Below the pieces are notes generated by a model, which worked only from the letters and a program-made list of their open reading frames with translations, had not been told where the DNA came from and ran no database searches. Below are positions 11,100 to 23,778 of a stretch of DNA of 64,000 nt, piece by piece. The translations under genes were made by a program, and so were the position numbers. Origin of the DNA: Anthoceros angustus (Eukaryota; Plantae; Anthocerotophyta); contig VJWM01000317.1 of the NCBI GenBank assembly GCA_010909165.1, positions 1 through 64,000 on the forward strand, read 5' to 3'. Within the stretch, counting starts at the first letter, position 1. Each line of letters begins with the position of its first letter.

Positions 11100-12690
11100 G
11101 GCAACCGCCCCTGCTAGGTGGGCGAGCGGATGGAGTCACGGTGGGAGTTGCCCCACCAAGTGATGAGCGGGAGCTCATCATAGGGAAGCAAGGGATGTAA
11201 GATCCCATGAGCAAGGCAAAGGCCTTGAGTCTCCTGAGGTAAGAAAGGAGACTTAGACATGTTGGAGGAGATGCTCATAGGGAGATGTTCAGCAAGGTAG
11301 AAGCCGCCAAGAGGAGAGTTGAATTCTTGAAGACGAGGAGAAGACAAGGACCTACCAAGCAAGGGAAATTGTAGGCGAGCGGAAACCCCAGGAGGATGTT
11401 ATGAGGATGGAAGCTCAAGTGGAGCACTTGGAAAAGAGTCTTGAAACAAGGAGGCAAACATCATATTCGAGAACAAGGCTCTTACCAAGCAATTGGCAGC
11501 GAGAGGAGAAGGTGGAGCAACTTGCTCACATGGTGCATACATGGAAAAGAAGGCGACAAGCAAGTGCTTAATGGAAAAGGTCAAGAGAGCAATCTGCAGC
11601 AAATGAGGGCACAAAGGCAAGTAGGCGCACATGAGCGGGTCAGCCCGCCGTGGAAGATTAGTGACATGGAAAAGGAGCTGGGAGAAATCCGCCGGAGGCT
11701 GGAATTGAAGGAAGAAGAGCTGGAAGAACGGACACATTTTGTCCAAAGATTGGAAATGGAACGAGAAGTCCAAAGAACGGAGAATGCACAACTCCCTAGG
11801 AGGATAGGGGAGTTGGAGGAAGAAATGGCAAAGGAGAAAGGCCGTCATGAGGCGGTGGTGCAAAGATATGTTGGCGGTGAGGGAGGAGATTTCCGATTAT
11901 GCCCTACAGAGAGATTGATCCGCCAACCGCAATGAGAGGACGGAGAATGTGGCTCTCCATGTCAAGACCGGTGAGCTGGCCTTGAGCGAGATGCTTACAA
12001 AAGCAAGTGTGAGCATGGAGTATGGCTTGAGGATTACGAAGAATTGAGATGGCACAACAACGATTTGCAGCCCATCTTCACAACAAGGTGCTCAAGGCCA
12101 CTAACGAGTTGTTGCGACTTGCGAGGAGGATGTTGGGACCTCATGACGATGATAGGGGAGGCCCTCATGCAAGTCCAACCGGAAGCCTTAGACTTGGAGA
12201 GTGTCCCAAGCAACAGGAGAAACTGCACTGTGGAGAAGCAAGTGAAGCGGAAGCTGCAGTGGAGAGAATCACCCGTGAAGGGGTAAGGAAGAAGAAAACG
12301 AACTCCAGTGAGGACTCCTACCGTGGTAGGAGGAGTTCCTACCGTGGTAGGAGGGACTCCTACCGTGGTAGGAGAAGGTCCTACCATGGTAGGAGGGCCG
12401 GAAGAAGCAGCGGATTCAAAGGCTGCTAGCATGGATTTGACGGCAAGGGAGGCGAGTACCTTGGCCCTTGCAGGAAAGAAGGAAGAGGGGGTTGATCTTG
12501 CAGAAATGGAGCAAGAATCACAAGGAGAAGACCAACCTCCTAACATGGGTGCAGGGGCAAGGAGCTCACTTGCTCCACAAGTGAGAGGAAGAGGAGAAGC
12601 TGAGGATGAGCCAGTGGCTAAGAGAGCCCGGGCTGTTTTATTGGAGGAAGGAACTCAAGATAGGCATCAAGATAAGGAAGGGGATTCATA
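11100..12690 (+). CDS. Family A accessory ORF3, Glu/Arg/Lys-rich coiled-coil (possibly the C-terminal part of ORF2)
   Basis: MRMEAQVEHLEKSLETRLQE, LELKEEELEERTHFVQRLEME and KVLKATNELLRL are conserved in at least six copies. Confidence 0.6.
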
Positions 12691-12760
12691 AGAAGTCCTT
12701 AAATTAGCTTGAAGACATGGGGCAAGATGCCACTTGGGAAGACTTTTCTTTAGAGGAGGA

Positions 12761-13831
12761 CATGCATTAATGCTTGTCAAAGAGAGTGTGTTGACTAGCT
12801 AGATAGGAATGTTGACAGAGCCATTAAGGCTCACATAGGTGAATTTGCTAGAATAGAATTTTACCCAAGATGCTTGGATGTCGAACTTAAATTCGACAAT
12901 AGGATACACTAAAATAAGGAGTAAGGCGGTGAGGGCGCTGTGGGAGGTTGTGAGGACCTCCCTATAAAAGGAGGAGCTTGTGAAGTAAAATTATCGTGTC
13001 TTGCGCTCCCATCCTCCCGAGTCCTTCACTTTGTGTGAATTTCGCCGGGCCGCAAGCCAACGCAGGTCTCGTAGAGAGGAGAACGCGGTCGGAGTGCCGG
13101 GTGGAGGGCTTGCTCTTTGCAGCGCCGGCCCCTTGTGAATGGTTCGGGGTGAATTGTTTTGCTTTGAGTGTGTGGCGATGCTCAAGGAACTCTCGGCTTG
13201 AGGGTAGACTGCAGGAAAGACTCCTGGAGGTTCTCTCGTGCAAACCACATAGCAACCGCCCAAGGAAGAACTCGTTAATTCCTGACGACCCGTGGCCGTA
13301 AGGGCGAGTTGGAATTAATGAGCCAGAATTGGTGTTAGAGTAGGAGATTGTGGAGGAAGGAAGGGTAGATGAGTAGAGAAGAAGAGGGCGTTGTTGATTG
13401 AGAGAGTTGTGAGGAGGATTAGAGTGTAGGAAAACTAAGGCCACAGTGCGAGCCTAAGGGACGAATCCCAAACTGCAAGTAAGAGGGCGCTCCTGTGTGG
13501 AGAAGAGTGTCTTAGGAGTAGGGACGGTTGCGGTGTGGGTCGGGGTCCCCTGGCGCCCGTGATAGACACACCTTGTTAAGACGAATAATTGTGTGGTGTC
13601 GTTGTAGGTTGAGGTTTGGTGAGTTTACGGCAAAGACGGGCGGCGAGGCCAGAGAGGGAGCGTGAGAGGGCGCCTTGCTTGTTTAGAAGGCTGAGGTAGT
13701 GTGTAGTGGTGTAGTGACGGATTTCAAGATCGACCCCCAAGTCTCATGGGACGAAACCCAACGCATTTAAAACGGGATAAGTGTGGCCGCTAGAGGGGAA
13801 TCTCGGAGTGCCCCGGGGTTTTCCTCCCACA
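12761..13831 (+). repeat. Family A LTR shared by copy 1 (as 3' LTR) and copy 2 (as 5' LTR)
   Basis: PPT at ~12745-12760 before it and PBS TGGCGCCGCTGTCGGGAC at 13836-13853 after it. Confidence 0.92.
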
Positions 13832-15419
13832 TTTTTGGCGCCGCTGTCGGGACTTGTGGTCAATTTGAAATTTTGAGATTTTCGTTGCTAGCTTGCGATG
13901 AGCAGAGGATCTTGTAAGGAGGTGGAGCGGGGTCTAGGAAGAGGCCTACACGTCCTGGAACCTGCGTTGTGAAGGAGGAGCTCCACGCCTCGAATGGTGT
14001 GATTTTTGTGTTCCCCGCAGCAAGAATGGCGATGGGCGGAGTTGGCTGATTTTTCTTTAACAACCGTGTTTTGGAGGCTATGAGGATGCTTGCAGATGTC
14101 TAGCAGAGGAGGGGAGAGGAGAAAACCATAGGAGGTCACCCCACTTATCGCAAGAGATCTAAGAGCTGCAAGAAGAAATCAATGGAGGGAGGAAAACGCA
14201 ATGGTTGCACGCGGCTCCAGGGAGGAGGAAGAGCTAAGGGCGCTTGAGGAGGAGGCCGTTTTGCCCTTGCCTACAAGGGGAGCCAAGTGATCCAGCAGAA
14301 AACGCCGGAGAAGGGACGTCAAATCACCGACATGAAACAAAGGAGGTGGTTGAAGAAGAGGTAGTTGTCTAAGAGCAAGAGGAGGAGGAAGCACCGCTTC
14401 GAGCACGATTCAAGTTCAGCTACCAGCACCGGGCCTTCTCAACGCTGGACCTTCGTGGAGTGGTATCTAGCTCAACTCCAAGCGAAATGTAAAAGTGAAG
14501 AAGGTGGGGTGAGCAAAGGGGAATTTCAGGTCTCAAGATCTTGCGGAGCGCCTTGATAGAATCACCGCCAGCTCACCTTGGGACGCACACCTAGGGGAGA
14601 CACCATCCCACAACCGCCCCAATCTTTGTGCAGACACCCTTTCTCAGAGAACTTTGGTTGGAGAATTTACTGCAGGAGAGGAAGGGAGGTGTGAGTTCGC
14701 CTAGCTCATCCGGACCAAGCAACATGAGTGGAACAGAGTAGGAGGGGATTTGCTGTTTGGATAGTTGTGTGTTGAGGGGTGTGAGCGTGCTTGCGTCTAG
14801 CCTGGGAGGGAGGAAGTACTGTAGGAGTTGAGAGGAGATCACCCCGTCTTTGTGCAAGGGATTTGTGAACTGAATGGAGAAATCATGTGCGTGAAGAAAG
14901 CTTAGTTGCTGCTGATGTGCAAAGGAAGAAGCGGAGGAGAGATTTTAAGAGGAAGCTACATGTGCTAACATCTTCAAGGGTTCCGTTGAGGAAGAAGAGG
15001 TAGTTGTCTAAGAGCAAGAGGAGGTTGTGCTCACGGACAGCGAGAGGAAGGAGGTTGTTGCCGAGGAGTTGATCAAGGGTGAGGGTCAAGAACTGAGCCA
15101 ATAATTTCAAGGTACATCTTCCGTTCCAAGAGGAGGACTTTTTCGGTGGATTGTTGAGCTCTTCTAGCTCGAGTTGGTCGTCAAGAGGAGGAAGGCAAGA
15201 GGGTGAGATTTGGCGGAGAAGTTGGGGTAGATCTAATGGCCGAGCTACAAGGTCTTGATCGAATTATTGCCCATCTTGCTGCCTTTCAACCTTGCTTGTT
15301 AAGAGGATCGAGGCGCTTGTGTGCCCAAGTCTGTGTATAGTACATCCCGCTGGCAGATTTGCTTATTGCCAGACAGGTGGAGTTTCTTGGGAGGTGTGCA
15401 CGCTTTGTGGACGCCTCAA

Positions 15420-15850
15420 CCATGAGTGGAGGAAGTGGAGGTGGTGGAAACACCCACAGCTACCAGCAATATGGGAGATTTGGGAGAAGCAACAGGTGAA
15501 GATGTTGAGGCTTTTGTGCAAACTTTTGAACATGTGACTCATACGAATTTGGAAGCCTCAATCGTGGATTGTCTCCGAAATTTTCCTAGAGTACTTCGAG
15601 GTCATGGCCAGCAGCGGTATAGTCACACGTATGGAGCTGCATCACCGTTGGGTTGGGATTATATGAGAGCTGTATCTTTGAACCGGTTTTGTGGCTTAAG
15701 CTATGCACATCACACGTTGGTCCGGTTGAGGACTCTGCGAAGGAAGAGGAGGGAGTCTTTGTATGATTACATAGAGGAGAGAGTACCACCACGGCCACCT
15801 GAAGGATGTAGCCTTCTGCAAAAGCAAGGCCTATGGTATGACCTTTCTTG
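15420..15850 (+). pseudogene. gag: Retrotransposon gag core
   Basis: GEDVEAFVQTFEHV ... LGWD..RAVSLNRFCGLSYAHHTLVRLRTLRRKRRESLYDYIE, typical of the retrotransposon gag capsid region. Second copy at ~28250-28690 (-). Confidence 0.75.
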
Positions 15851-16799
15851 ATAAAAGTTGGGGAAACAGTGTAGGAAGGAGTTAGAGGGAACACATGTAG
15901 ATCCATGTGCCATAGAAAAATTAGAGCTAGAATGTGGTAAGGTGGTGAAGATTTCTAAGTGTAGAGGAGATGGTAGAGTTTAAGAAGGTGCAGGGAAGAG
16001 CATGAGAATGCAGGTTTCATTTTTCGATCGAAACCGGAGAGCGACTTGAGGCTGCGATGACCGATTTCGACGAGGAGTTGGTTGCCACGGCCTGGGTTGA
16101 AGGGGAGGACGTGAGCATGTTGTAGACGGCCTAAGATTGATCAGCAAGCCTTGTTGCCAGCAGAGGTCAAATGAGCAAGAAGGGGAGGCCAGTGAAAGGC
16201 CGCAGCAGACAACTGGAACCGAGAGGGATAAAAGGGCGCCAGTATGGGCGCGAGGAGGAGGCTGGAATGCTCCTCAAGGGTGAGCAGTCAGGAGGGCTGC
16301 AAGTGGAGGCCAGCGTTAAAAGAAAGAAGCGAAACGACATGGGAGCCGCCCAAGTAAAGAAAAGGCGCCCCACTTGGCGAGGTGCCAGGCGCCATGGAGA
16401 GGAGAAGGCCCTAGGGAGGTAGGTGCGCAGAGGAGGAAGGAGATGCATCCCATGAGAAGCTTGAGCAAACGGCAGGAGAAGAAAATGGCGATTCATGGAA
16501 ATCACTCATGAGGTGGCCATGGGGTAAACAGCAAGGAGGTCGCCATGGGAGCACGAGCTGGACCTGGACACGAGGCTAGACCAGCAGGAATGGAAGAAAT
16601 CCGAACGTTGTTGGAGGAGGAGCATGCAAACGGGCTGCTCAAAACTTGCGATGGACAAAGCGAAACTGGATTTGTGGATGGAACAACGCCGTCTGGGCTG
16701 CTGGTGGGCGAGCTAGCAGGAGGCGACGTGGTATGCGTGGAAGGAGGAGATTAGAACGTGAGGGGCGTTCATGCCCAAGTGTTGAATGGTGAGGTACGA

Positions 16800-17940
16800 A
16801 ATTTTCTAGAGCATGGAATCATGCCCGATGGTTTGTCTAGGAGGGCAGCTGTTTTTCTCCACAAGACAGCCCCTTATTGCCTACGGATGGGGTCTTGTAC
16901 AAGCTTGGTCCGACGAGAAGATTGATGTTTGGAAATTAGAGAAGCTGGTCACGCTTTATATAAGAGGTGGTCATTATTCACGAAATCACGTGAAGAAGGT
17001 CTTGGATGCGCTCGTGGGCTACAATGCGAGGGATGTGTGGGAATTTATTAGGAGGTGTGATGTCGAGGGTTGGAAGGCCCACTTTGTCAACACAAAGGGC
17101 CTCTCACCTACATACTACCTTTGGCACCATTTGAGAAGTGGGGTATAGATTTTGTAGGTCCAATCAAGCCACCCACACAATGGACAAGGAAGCAATATAT
17201 CTGGTGGCTACGGACTATTGTACAAAGATGGTGGAGGTCAAGCAACAAGGAAGGACGACGACCAGAGCGTTTCTCTTTGAGAACATTATAACGAGGTATG
17301 GATGTCCTTTTGAGTTGATGGGAACTCATTTCCTCAACTCTGATTGAGACTCTCACCACCTACTTCAACATTCGATCGAAAGACAACTCCTTACAATCCC
17401 AAAGCGAATGGTTTGACGGAGAAAACGAATGGGTCAAGTCTGACCAAGGTAACTGTGGACTCACATGTATGATTGGGACACTAAGCTACATTCAAGCTAT
17501 GGGCTGAGCAGAGAAGGTGACAACCAAGAAGACCCCTTATTATTTAACATATGGCATGTCTCCTGTGATGCAGTGAATTTGAAGTACCTACCTATAGAAT
17601 CATGGAGGATGAGCGATGACTCAGAGAGATAGTGTAGCTAGATTAGAATCTTTCATAGAGCATGAGGAACGAGGAAGATGCTTTAGAAGAAACTCAGGGA
17701 GCTTAGAAAGGATAGGCATGATGGGAAGTTGAGGAAGCAAGAAGCTATCCCGGGATTTGGTTCTTCTATGATAGCCGCTATATGGACTTCCTGGAAGCTT
17801 AGATTGAGATGGATGGGACCTTACGAGGTGGTGGCAGTGTATGAGAATGGATCCGTGCAACCACGCAGCCGGATGGGGATTTGCGCCAACTAGAGTGAAT
17901 GGGTGGAAGGTTAAGAAGTACCTTCACCCGAGATCTGCTG
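16800..17940 (+). pseudogene. pol: Gypsy integrase, copy 2
   Basis: PLAPFEKWGIDFVGPIKPP, VATDYCTKMVEVK, FLFENIITRYGCPFEL.GTHF. Confidence 0.88.
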
Positions 17941-19970
17941 TTTGCGAGGACGCAAACAGTGAGGAGGGAGTATGTGGAACGCAAAAGTTTGGGCAACAAG
18001 CTTAAATGAGTTTGCTTTGGAACAGGCCCACACTCTTTTGCTAGAAATGGTTTGGTGAAGACATGCAAGGAAATTTTTGCTCCTTTTGAGCGGAGTTGTA
18101 GGACCATGTCGGGAAGGCAAAGAGGATATGCAGGAAAAGAAACGGGTCAAAACGACCTCGGTGAGGAGAAAGGTAACCTACATGAGTGGTAGGAGGTGTC
18201 CTACCACCGAGGAGAAACTCCTACCATGGTAGACGAGGGTAGGAGAGATCCTACCACCGTAGGAGAATGACCCTAGTGTTTTGATCACCGTAGGAATAGC
18301 TACCATGGTAGGAGAGGGTAGGAAGGTATCCTACCGCCAGAGTAACTCCTACCGTGGTAGGAGAAGGAGGAAAACGCCTACCATGGTAGGAGGATGTCCT
18401 ACCACGAGGAGATGCTAAGGAAAGTAGCTTATGTTTTAGGAAGGATAGGCTTGCTATATATAGGGTCTTTTAGTGGACTAGATAAATAGGCCAAAATAGG
18501 TAATTAAGAAATTAGAGGCTAATTTTCAGAATTAGAAATTAGAAAAATAGGGAAAATGGTATTTTAGTATAAGGAATTAGGAAACTAACATCAACGGTGA
18601 GAAACGTGGCACACATCCAAGGGCAGGATAGAATGGTAGTTACTTTTTCTAACCCTTGGGTGACTTATAAAAGTGGATTAGAGGCCACAACTCGAAACTT
18701 GAGGAGACAGAGGAAGGCGCCGCCACACCTCAAGCTAAGGCCCCATACAGCAACGCACATGATTAAGGAGAAGAAGGGCGTGAGCTCAAGAAGGAGGCAA
18801 GCCAGCGCCCAAGAGAGGAAGAAGGAGGAAAAAGAGGAAGAAGAGAAGGGAGAAGAAGGTTGGGCGCAACCCAACACTTGCCAAGCTCGTGAGGGTGCCT
18901 AGGAGGGTGGAGCGTGGCAGGCACAGGAAATTGTGAAGGAAAAGCTCCCAAATCGGAGACACAAGTGTAAGGACTCGTGAGGAACTTTGGAGGAGAATTG
19001 CCAAATCATAACAGCGAGTTGGTGCTTGGGAAGGCTAGCAAGGCCAGGTGGCTTGTGGCAAGGTGAAGAAGAAGGGCGTGAGCTCGAGGAGGTGAAGTCC
19101 GTGCGCCCAAGAGAGAAGGAGGAAATTGAGGAAGAAGAGAAGGGAGAAGGTTGGGCGCAACCCAACACTTGCCAAGCTCGTGAGGGTGCCTAGGAGGGTG
19201 GAGCGTGGCAAGATTGCTAGGAAACCGTGCAGGAAGGGCTCCTAAATTGTTGTGCGGTGTAGAGTCAGGTGGGGAATTTTGTTGAGCTTTCTGCAGGAGA
19301 AATCGGGGTTTGAGACGCCAAGGTGTAAGGACTGCAGGAGGAGAGCAAGGGCAAGGACCTTTGAGCTGTGAGCAAAAGCAAATCACCGAGGAGGAGAAAC
19401 GTAAGGATAAGAAGTCGGTGAGCCGCAGGAATTGCAGAGGCATCACTTTTCTTCAATTTCGTGCAAGTACTAACCAAGGAGGCCATGACCAAGCCCACCA
19501 TGACCAAGGGCAAGGAGGTAGTAGCCAAGGAAGGAGCGTCCACCAAGGAGGTGGCGCAGGAGCGGGCAAGAGGTCTAAGGCAGGAGGATCAGACCCCGGA
19601 GGGTGGAAATTTGACATGCCACTATTTACGTGCTATGCAGCCAGCTGTCCTCTAGAGACCTTTCAGACTTTTGACCTTGGGCAGCGAGGAGGAGAATATT
19701 CATAGAGTGGGTGTATGGGCGACATTGGTCTCCACCAACCTTGAATTGATAGAAGAGTGTTTTGCTAATTTGCAGCAGACGGAAGAGGAATTGGCTGCCT
19801 ACCGATAGAAACGCACGGACGGATCCACTGTTGGAGTAAGGAGCATACGCCAGTCTATGGCAGCGGATAGCGAGGATAGCGGAATCACGTTGATGGAAGG
19901 AACGAGTGAGGCAAGCGTGCATCAACGGCGGATCTTCCCAAGGGAACCCTTACCCTTATGCAAGGGGGCA

Positions 19971-21037
19971 TGTGGGAGGAAAACCCCAGGGCACTCCCGA
20001 GATTCCCCTCTAGCGGCCACACTTATCCCACTGCTTCGTGACGTTGGGTTTCGTCCCATGAGACTTGGGGAACTGATCTTGAGAACCACACCACCGCAGC
20101 TACACACTACCTCCTTCTAAACAAGCAAGGCGCCCTCTCACGCTCCTCTACAGCAGCTACGCCCGCATCGCTCAGAACTCACCAAACCTCAACCTACAAC
20201 GACACCACACAATTGCAGTGTTACGACAAAGAAGGTGTCTATCACGGCGCCAGGACCCCGACCCACACCGCAACTCGTCCCTACTCCTAAGACACTCTTC
20301 TCCTGTGAGCGCCTCTTACTTGCAGTTGGGATTCGTCCCTTAGGCTCTGCGTGGCCTCCGTTTTTCCTACACTCTAATCCTCCTCACAACTCTCTCAATC
20401 AACAACGCCCTCTTCTTCTCTACTCATCTACCCTTCCTTCCTCCACAATCTCCTACTCTAACACCAATTCTGGCTCATTAATTCCAACTCGCCTTACGGC
20501 ACAACCGCCTGGGGTCCGTCCAGGAAATTAACGAGTTCTTCCTTGGGCGTTATGTGGTTTGCACGCAATGAGAACCTGGAGTCTTTCCTGCAGTCTACCC
20601 TCAAGCCGAGAGTTCCTTGAGCATCGCCACACACTCAAAGCAAAACAATTCACACAAAGAACCATTCACAAGGGAGCAGTGGGCGCTGCAAAGAGCAAGC
20701 CCTCCACCCAAAGACCTCCGCCGCTTCTCTCTCTACGGACCTGCGTTGGCTTGCTGCACGAAATTCACAAAGTGAAGGACTCGGGAGGATGGGAGCGCAA
20801 GACACGATAATTTTACTTCACAAGCTCCCTCCTTTTATAGGGAGGTCCTCACATACAGCCTCCCGGCGCCCTCCGCACGCCACTCCTTATTTTAGTGTAT
20901 CCTATTGTCGACTTTAAGTTCGACATCCAAGCATCTTGGGTAAAATTCTATTCTAGCAAAATTCACCTATGTGAGCCTTAATGGCTCACAACATTCCTAT
21001 CTAGCTAGTCAACACACTCTCCGACAAGCATTAATGC
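19971..21037 (-). repeat. Family A 3' LTR, inverted
   Basis: Begins TGTGGGAGGAAAA (reverse complement of the LTR end). The reverse-complement PPT follows at ~21038. Confidence 0.9.
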
Positions 21038-23778
21038 TCCTCCTCTAAAGAAAAGTCTTCCCAAGTGGCATCTTGCCCCATGTCTTCAAGCTAATTTAAG
21101 GACTTCTTATGAATCCCTTCCTTATCTTGATGCCTATCTTGAGTTCCTTCCTCCAATAAAATAGCCGGGCTCTCTTAGCCTGGCTCATCCTCGACTTCTC
21201 CTCTTCCTCTCACTTGTGGAGCAAGTGAGCTCCTTGCCCTGCACCCATGTTAGGAGGTTGGTCTTCTCCTTGTGATTCTTGCTCCATTCTGCAAGATCAA
21301 CCCCTCTTCCTTCTTTCTCCGCAAGGGCCAAGGTCGCCTCCCTTGCCGTCAAATCCATGCTAGCCTTGAATCGCTTCTTCCCCTCCTACCATGGCCTTCT
21401 CCATACCTCCTACCACGGTAGGAGTCCCTCCTACCACGGTAGGAGTCCCTCCACGGTAGGAACTCCTCCTACCACGGTAGGAGTTCCTACCGGGTCGTTT
21501 CTTCTTCCTTACCCCTTCACAGGGTGATTCTCTCCACTGCAGCTTCCCGCTTCACTGCTTCTCCACAGTGCGAAGTTTCTTCACCCCGTTGCTTGGGACA
21601 CTCCAAGTCTAAGGCTTCCGGTTGGACTTGCATGAGGGCCTCCCTATCATCGTCATGAGGTCCCAACATCCTCCTCTCAGAAGTCGCAACAACTCGTTAG
21701 TGGCCTTGAGCACCTTGTTGTGAAGATGGGCTGCAAATCGTTGTTGTGCCATCTCCAATTCGTAATCCTCAAGCCATACTCCATGCTCACACTTGCTTTT
21801 GTAAGCATCTCGCTCCAAGGCCAGCTCACCAGTCTTGACATGGAGAGCCACATTCTCCGTCCTCTCATTCTGCAGTTGGCGGATCAATCTCTCTTGTAGG
21901 GCATAATCAGCCCGAAATCTCTGCTCCCTCACCGCCAACATATGCTGCACAACCGCCTCATGACGGCCTTTCTCCTTTGCCATTTCTTCCTCCAACTCCC
22001 CTATCCTCCTAGGGAGTTGTGCATTCTCCGTTCTTTGGACTTCTCGTTCCATTTCCAATCTTTGGACAAAATGTGTCCGTTCTTCCAGCTCTTCTTCCTT
22101 CAATTCCAGCCTCATTTCTCCCAGCTCCTTTTCCATGTCACTAATCTTCACACTGTGGCTATGACCCGCTCATGTGCGCCTACTTGCCTTTGTCCGCCCC
22201 TCATTTGCCGCAGATTGCTCTCGTCTTGACCTTTCCTCCATTAGCAGCACTTGCTTGTCTTCCGCCTTCTTTTCCCATGCGCACCATGTGAGCAAGTTGC
22301 TCCACCTTCTCCTCTCGAGCTGCCAATTGCTTGGTAAGAGCCTTGTTCTCCGAATATGATTGTTTGCCTCGTAGCCTTGTTTCAAGACTCTTTCCAAGTG
22401 CTCCACTTGAGCTTCCATCCTCATAACATCCTCCGCACTGGGTTTCCGCCTACCCGCAATTTCCCTTGCTTGGTAGGTCCTTGTCTTCCGCCTCCTTCAA
22501 GAATTCAACTCTCCTCTTGGCGGCTCCTACATCTACCTTGAACATCTCCCTATGCGCAGCATCTCCTCCAACATGTCCAAGTCTCCTTTCTTACCTCCTC
22601 CGGGAGACTCAAGGCCTTTGCCTTGCTCATGGGATCTTACATCCCTTGCTTCCCTATGATGAGCTCCCGCTCATCACTTGGTGGGCAACTCCTCCCACCG
22701 TGACTCCATCCGCTCGCCCACCTACGGGCCGGTTGCCTTCTTATCTCCCGCTTGGGAGCTTCCAAACCGTGACTTCCTTTCCCTCCTACCGTGGTAGGAG
22801 GTGCTACCACCGTAGGACTACTTCACCGTGGTAGGACTAATTCCGCCACCGTAGGCCTTGTCATGAGGACGAAGGGGTCCCAAACCATGGGAACACCTCC
22901 CACCTCGCAGTGGATTCCGCCATGGTAGGATCTATCCTACCTTCCATCTCCGCATCCTCCGCGGTCCAAACTTCAAATCCCCTACAACTTCTCCTTGCAA
23001 GTCCTCCTGCACATCCTCGGCCTATCTTTCGGAGGATTCCTTCCGGCAATAATGTCCTGTGTGGTGCTGCGGCACCTCCTTTAGCGCAAAGCACCAAGCA
23101 CTCCCTCTCTGTGTTACACAATGTTAAAGGGATGCTTGGAATCATCCAACTCCTTACTTGTGAGTAGCCCTCTACTTCCCACAAATGCACTAGATAAGTG
23201 CTAAGATAGCATGGCCTGCCTTCTTCATCCGACGCGTTGGGTTTCGAACTTTTCCCTTGGTAGGTGTATGCTTCATACATGATGAGCCCCAATCCGCTTC
23301 GCCCTTGAGTGATCTTCCATAGAAAATGGAGGAAGGTAGTGCTGAAATATGACACCTTGGATTGCTCACCAAGCCCAAAACAATTCTTGTGAACAATCTC
23401 CACTTGGGCTCCAAGATTTGGTCCGTCGCCAACCATTCTTGGACTTAGCCTTCATGCCCCTTGCATAAGTGTAAGGGCTCCTTGGGAAGATCCGCCGTTG
23501 ATGCACGCTTGCCTCCGCTCGTTCCTTCCATCAAGCGTGATTCCGCTATCTCGCCATCCGCCCGCTCCTGCGTATGCTCCTTACATCCAACACCGTGGAT
23601 CCGTCTGCTTTCTATCCGGTAAGGCGGCCAATTCCTCTTCCGTCTGCTGCAAATTAGCAAAACACTCTTCTATCAATTCAAGGTTGGTGTAAGACCAATG
23701 TCGCCCATACACCCACTCTAGCTGAATATTCTCCTCTGCTGCCCAAGGTCGAAAGTCGAAAGGTCTCTAGAGGATAGC
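21038..23778 (-). mobile_element. Family A 3' UTR, ORF3 and ORF2, inverted
   Basis: Minus-strand ORFs 21609-22151 and 22861-23436 carry the same strings as ORF3 and ORF2. Confidence 0.85.

Larger units (their letters stand above)
3397..13831 (+). mobile_element. Ty3/Gypsy Athila-like retrotransposon, family A copy 1 (LTR-PBS-[gag/PR/RT N-terminus absent]-RT-RH-INT-ORF2-ORF3-PPT-LTR)
   Basis: Two LTRs, PBS, PPT and RT-RH-INT domain order. No archaeal-type second RNase H or chromodomain was recognised. Confidence 0.88.
13836..19970 (+). mobile_element. Family A copy 2 internal region (PBS-gag-[PR/RT/RH deleted]-INT-ORF2 start), broken at 19970; the rest resumes at ~35396
   Basis: gag at 15420-15850 is joined at ~16000 to the last codons of RNase H. 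Integrase at ~16800-17940. ORF2 starts at ~19440. Confidence 0.85.

Noticed and set aside
9870-12690. True retroviral envelope gene
   Set aside because: No convincing signal peptide or transmembrane helix is visible in the fragments, so it is kept as an accessory ORF only.
12308-12691. Repetitive peptides (TVVGG, SYRGRR) as a repeat protein
   Set aside because: They are translations of the CCTACC..GGTAGG DNA palindromes and appear in all frames and on both strands.
3397-13831. Dating the insertions from LTR divergence
   Set aside because: Differences are dominated by probable sequencing indels and the LTRs are shared between copies, so any age would be unreliable.
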